DNA of 64,000 nt, taken from the NCBI GenBank assembly GCA_950097015.1, contig CATNEN010000008.1, positions 3,658,001 to 3,722,000 of the forward strand. Direction: 5' to 3'. The DNA comes from Macrostomum hystrix. Lineage: Eukaryota > Animalia > Platyhelminthes. The notes below the pieces were generated by a model that saw nothing but the letters and a program-made list of their open reading frames with translations, searched no databases and had not been told where the DNA came from. Below are positions 59,941-64,000 of the stretch, one piece after another. Within the stretch, counting starts at the first letter, position 1. The number at the start of each line of letters is the position of its first letter. The translations under genes were made by a program, and so were the position numbers.

Positions 59941-60858
59941 GGGTAGGGGTCTAGGGGAGCTGTGGCTGGTTGCCGATCTGTGATCTGAGCTAATCTATTT
60001 TAGCAAAACATATTATACAGCACGCAAGTATGCTATAAAGTATGCATCCACCCAAAAACAGCTCATGGCTCACATGACAACCATTATTGCGAGTTGCAAG
60101 CTTAGCCCCTTATCTTGCACTATAAATGTCTTGTATGAGACCCGTACATAACTATGACTCACAAACGCAGTATTTCCTACATAGCAGCTTCATCTGCTCA
60201 GAACTGATGCACACGCAGACTATTTACAATTCAAATAGTGACAGATAAAAATAGCAAATCCACTGTGGTAGATACTAGCTTAATAAAAATGAGAACACTG
60301 TTTGCTCGTAGGAGACGGGCGGAGCAGCCATTGGACCAGAACTTAAACCCTGTCGGTCAGCTGATACCAATTCACTCGAGAACCCACCCTAGAGGTGAAA
60401 GCGAATGTCTGACCAAACTGGGTTCATTGTTTTAGAGTAGGGCATTATCTTATATATAAGCTTTAATTAGCATGGAAAGGAAATATATGGAAAAGCAAGA
60501 GAAGGAACAAATAAGAGCAGAGAATATTTTTTCTAGCTAAGCAAAATCGTGCCGAGAATCAAGCGTGTTTTCTCCCAGGCGAAGCCTATTGTAAGTCTAC
60601 TTGAAATATATCTCTGGTAAGATTATTGTGTATATTAAAAGTACAATGTAAAGATTAATCTACATAAAAGTTTGTCCTTGTCGAATGCAAAAAAATTAAC
60701 AGTGGGTACTTGAAATACTCCTGTTGTCTTTCCATTGCTAATGCTTTACCAATATTTTAGATACTTTTATGAAAAAGCTGCACACATCCTTTCCAGACTA
60801 CTGCTCTTACCAAGTGAGTAGGACATAAAGAAAACTATTGTTATTTAAAAATAAAGAA

Positions 60859-61482
60859 ATGTCGTCAGGCGACTGTGGCAAGGAGTGCAGCAAGGCGGCA
60901 AACGATGGAAGCGGTGGAGGCTGCGGTGGTGGTGGCGGCGGCGGCGGCAACGCCCGCGAAGAGATGGAGAAGCTGTTCTTCGTGCTGCTCAAGCGCCAAC
61001 AGATGCAGGAAGTTGTCCGCATGATGGGTGCGGAGTTCAGCTGCCCGGTGTGCCAGAACCTTGTCAGCAAGGCCACCCTGGCCAACTGCGGCCACATGTT
61101 CTGCCAGAAGTGCATTCGCACCTGGTGCGTGGACTACAGCCGGAGGAACTGTCCTGTCTGTCGGATGCAGATTGTGGCCAGAATCCGCGCCCTGCCTGTT
61201 GACCGCTTTATCCGGCGCTGTCTAGAGGAGGCCGAGGATCGCGAAGCGTTAAAGGAGCTTCAGGCATCCGGCTCAGCGGAGGACGAGTCGGCGGCGTCGC
61301 CGCTTGTGTTCGAGAGCGACCGCGCGCCGGTCAGGTCGACTGGCGCGGCCACATTCTTCGGCGGCAGCTTCGGCAGCGGGGGAGGCGGCGTCGTCAATAG
61401 TGGCATCAGCAGCTTCCGTACGACTTCGTCGACATCAGCGACCGGGGTGACAGTCAGCAGCTTCGGGGTCAGCAGCGACTGA
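60859..61482 (+). CDS. Intronless C3HC4 RING-finger protein, 207 aa, putative E3 ubiquitin ligase (RNF8-like RING region, no FHA domain)
   Basis: CPVC-x11-CGH-x2-CQKC-x12-CPVC, followed by ...ALPVDRFIRRCL helix; GC-rich coding composition. Confidence 0.85.
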   Translation: MSSGDCGKECSKAANDGSGGGCGGGGGGGGNAREEMEKLFFVLLKRQQMQEVVRMMGAEFSCPVCQNLVSKATLANCGHMFCQKCIRTWCVDYSRRNCPVCRMQIVARIRALPVDRFIRRCLEEAEDREALKELQASGSAEDESAASPLVFESDRAPVRSTGAATFFGGSFGSGGGGVVNSGISSFRTTSSTSATGVTVSSFGVSSD

Positions 61483-61534
61483 TGGACAGACTTTGGCTTC
61501 CTGACTGACTTCAAATAGGATCAGTTGTAGCCGC

Positions 61535-62033
61535 TTGTCTGACAAGAACAGTTGACAATGTCTGACAAGAACAGTTGACAATGTCTGACAAGAACAGTTG
61601 ACAATGTCTGACAAGAACAGTTGACAATGTCTGACAAGAACAGTTGACAATGTCTGACAAGAACAGTTGACAATGTCTGACAAGAACAGTTGACAATGTC
61701 TGACAAGAACAGTTGACAATGTCTGACAAGAACAGTTGACAATGTCTGACAAGAACAGTTGACAATGTCTGACAAGAACAGTTGACAATGTCTGACAAGA
61801 ACAGTTGACAATGTCTGACAAGAACAGTTGACAATGTCTGACAAGAACAGTTGACAATGTCTGACAAGAACAGTTGACAATGTCTGACAAGAACAGTTGA
61901 CAATGTCTGACAAGAACAGTTGACAATGTCTGACAAGAACAGTTGACAATGTCTGACAAGAACAGTTGACAATGTCTGACAAGAACAGTTGACAATGTCT
62001 GACAAGAACAGTTGACAATGTCTGACAAGAACA
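61535..62033. repeat. 23-bp minisatellite CTGACAAGAACAGTTGACAATGT, about 21 near-identical copies
   Basis: 23-bp periodicity; begins about 50 nt after the RING stop. Confidence 0.97.
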
Positions 62034-62527
62034 AAACTCTAGAAATCTCGAGTACTGCCCTGAATTTTCAGTCCATATTTTCGTATAGGTTTCATGTGCA
62101 TGTATAAATTACAAATCCTGATTTATACAGTACAAAAAAGCTTTCAATTCCTAAGGTTTTTTGGATTCACAATTAATTCCGAAACTTTAAACGCAATTTC
62201 GTCTTGTCTAGCGTCAAGTTTTTTAGTTTTTTGTTTTTTTCTGAAAGTTGACAATGAACTTTTCTGTTTTCCTGTTGAACTTTATTATATTTTTTCCTTG
62301 ATCATCTATTCATAGTCGGCACAGAGCCTTTGGTTTGCAGTGAATTATGTACTTTAAATTCAATGTTTGCTTGTATAGATAAAAAAAAAACAATTTCGAG
62401 TACGTAATTTACCCTTGTATTGCAGCCGCTGCTACTATACAGCACCAATAAGTCGGCCTTGTTCACATTTGTTTGTGACATTAAACCCAATAGCACTTGG
62501 GATTAATATAAAATTGGAAATGTGGAC

Positions 62528-63280
62528 GCTAATTACAGGTGAAACGGCAGCTCCCCGGGCAGAACTGAACCGCTAATTACAGGTGAGAGGGCAGCACCCC
62601 AGACAGAACTGGAACTGATAATTACAGGTGAGAGGGCAGCACCCCAGACAGAACTGGAACTAATAATTACAGGTCAGAGGGCAGCACCCCAGACAAAACT
62701 GGAACTGATAATTACAGGTGAGAGGCAACACCACTGAAAAAACTGAACCGCTAATCATAGGTGAGATGGCAGCACCCCAGGCAGAACTGGAACTGCTAAT
62801 TACAGGTGAGAGGGCAGCACCCCAGACAGAACTGGAACTGATAATTACAGGTCAGAGGGCAGCACCCCAGACAAAACTGGAACTGATAATTACAGGTGAG
62901 AGGCAACACCACTGAAAAAACTGAACCGCTAATCATAGGTGAGATGGCAGCACCACAGGCAGAACTGGAACTGACGATTACAGGTGATATGGCAGCACTC
63001 TAGATAAAACTGCAACTGCTAATTAAAGGTGAGATGGCAGCGCCCCAGGCAGAACTGGAACTGATAATTACAGGTGAGGGCAGCACTCTAGACAGAACTG
63101 CAACTGCTAATTACAGGTGAGATGGCAGCACCCCAGGCAGAACTGTAACTGATAATTACAGGTGAGGGCAGCACCCCAGACAGAACTGGAACTGATAATT
63201 ACAGGTGAGAGGCAACACCACTGAAAAAACTGAACCGCTAATCATAGGTGAGATGGCAGCACCCCAGACAGAACTGAAGC
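62528..63280. repeat. 43-45 bp minisatellite GTGAGAGGGCAGCACCCCAGACAGAACTGGAACTGATAATTACAG with higher-order repetition, 16 full units
   Basis: 17 AG|GT junctions between 62538 and 63248; a 4-unit block of about 178 bp recurs. Confidence 0.93.
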
Positions 63281-63869
63281 TACTAGTCAAGATAATTAGA
63301 ATAAGCATAATAAAGTTAATATTAAGAAATAAAACAAAATGTTGTAATTCTAGATTTTTAAGCATATCCTAGAAAATACAGCGCAGAGGTTACTAGAGAA
63401 CAGCAACTCGTGACGCGATGCGGTTTATTTACAAATTCATAGTTCTACGTTAAATAATAGTCAGTATTCTGCTGACAAATAAGCAATTTATGATGATTCT
63501 AAAGCCACTGTTCATTGCAATGATTACAAGAATGTTCAATATGGCCAGGTACAGTATAAGTATTCATATAAATATTTGCAAGCTACAAAGCCCTTTTCAG
63601 TGCGTTCAACGCAATTCAAACTAATGCAAAATCTACATTTACAATATAAGGAAGAACTAAAACAACTCACACTGGGGTAGGAGTAATGTTAAATTTTTGT
63701 TGCAAACAACAGCTAGTCATGGACAATACTGCTACTGCAAGATTGAGAGCATTCTAATTGGAGCTATCCGAGACCGGCGGAAAATCCATTCGCAAGTAGC
63801 GAAGAAAAAAACACATGTTTTTTTAATAGCTTCGGGGATGCCCAGAAACGAATTTACAGAGTAGAATAG

Positions 63870-64000
63870 ATTTATTTCTGTGAGCAGATGAGACTGACAG
63901 AATAGGTTTCTGTGAGGAGATGAGAGTGACAGAGTAGAATAGATTCATTTCTGTGAGGAGATGAGAGTGACAGAATAGAATAGATTTATTTCTGTGAGGA
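63870..64000. repeat. 41-bp tandem repeat GAGTGACAGAGTAGAATAGATTTATTTCTGTGAGGAGATGA, runs off the window end
   Basis: About 3 degenerate copies. Confidence 0.8.

Noticed and set aside
1-64000. CRISPR array
   Set aside because: Repeats are head-to-tail with no unique spacers, there are no cas genes, and the context is eukaryotic

Overview
This is animal (metazoan) genomic DNA with GC-rich exons and AT-rich introns. By manual tally about 40% of the window (about 27 kb, about 33 arrays) is locus-private minisatellite or microsatellite. That style resembles the flatworm Macrostomum, but the species is inferred, not verified. Reconstructed spliced genes: (1) dachshund on the minus strand, with at least 8 coding exons at 6458-23223, DD1/Ski-Sno and DD2/coiled-coil domains, and an unresolved last exon; (2) BiP/GRP78 (HSPA5) on the minus strand, 4 coding exons, 667 aa, ending KEEL, with a compact promoter holding a perfect ERSE, an adjacent heat-shock element and a TGACGTG site; (3) AP-2/TFAP2 on the plus strand, 7 exons, about 524 aa; (4) an intronless C3HC4 RING protein; (5) a 126-aa orphan ORF. 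Mobile elements: a 5'-truncated non-LTR retrotransposon with an intact RT ORF inserted in a 24-bp minisatellite, a decayed Ty3/Gypsy fragment with its 3' LTR, and three pieces of a tRNA-derived SINE. Most long ORFs in the supplied track are artefacts of tandem repeats. The most unusual signal is the link between satellites and splicing. Several arrays start at a 5' splice site and their unit looks like a one-mismatch copy of it. One 43-45 bp array (62.5-63.3 kb) is a head-to-tail series of GT...AG mini-intron-like units. Another array is an amplified tRNA T-arm/Pol III B-box. No CRISPR, rRNA or complete tRNA gene was found. All coordinates were read by eye, and repeat edges are approximate.
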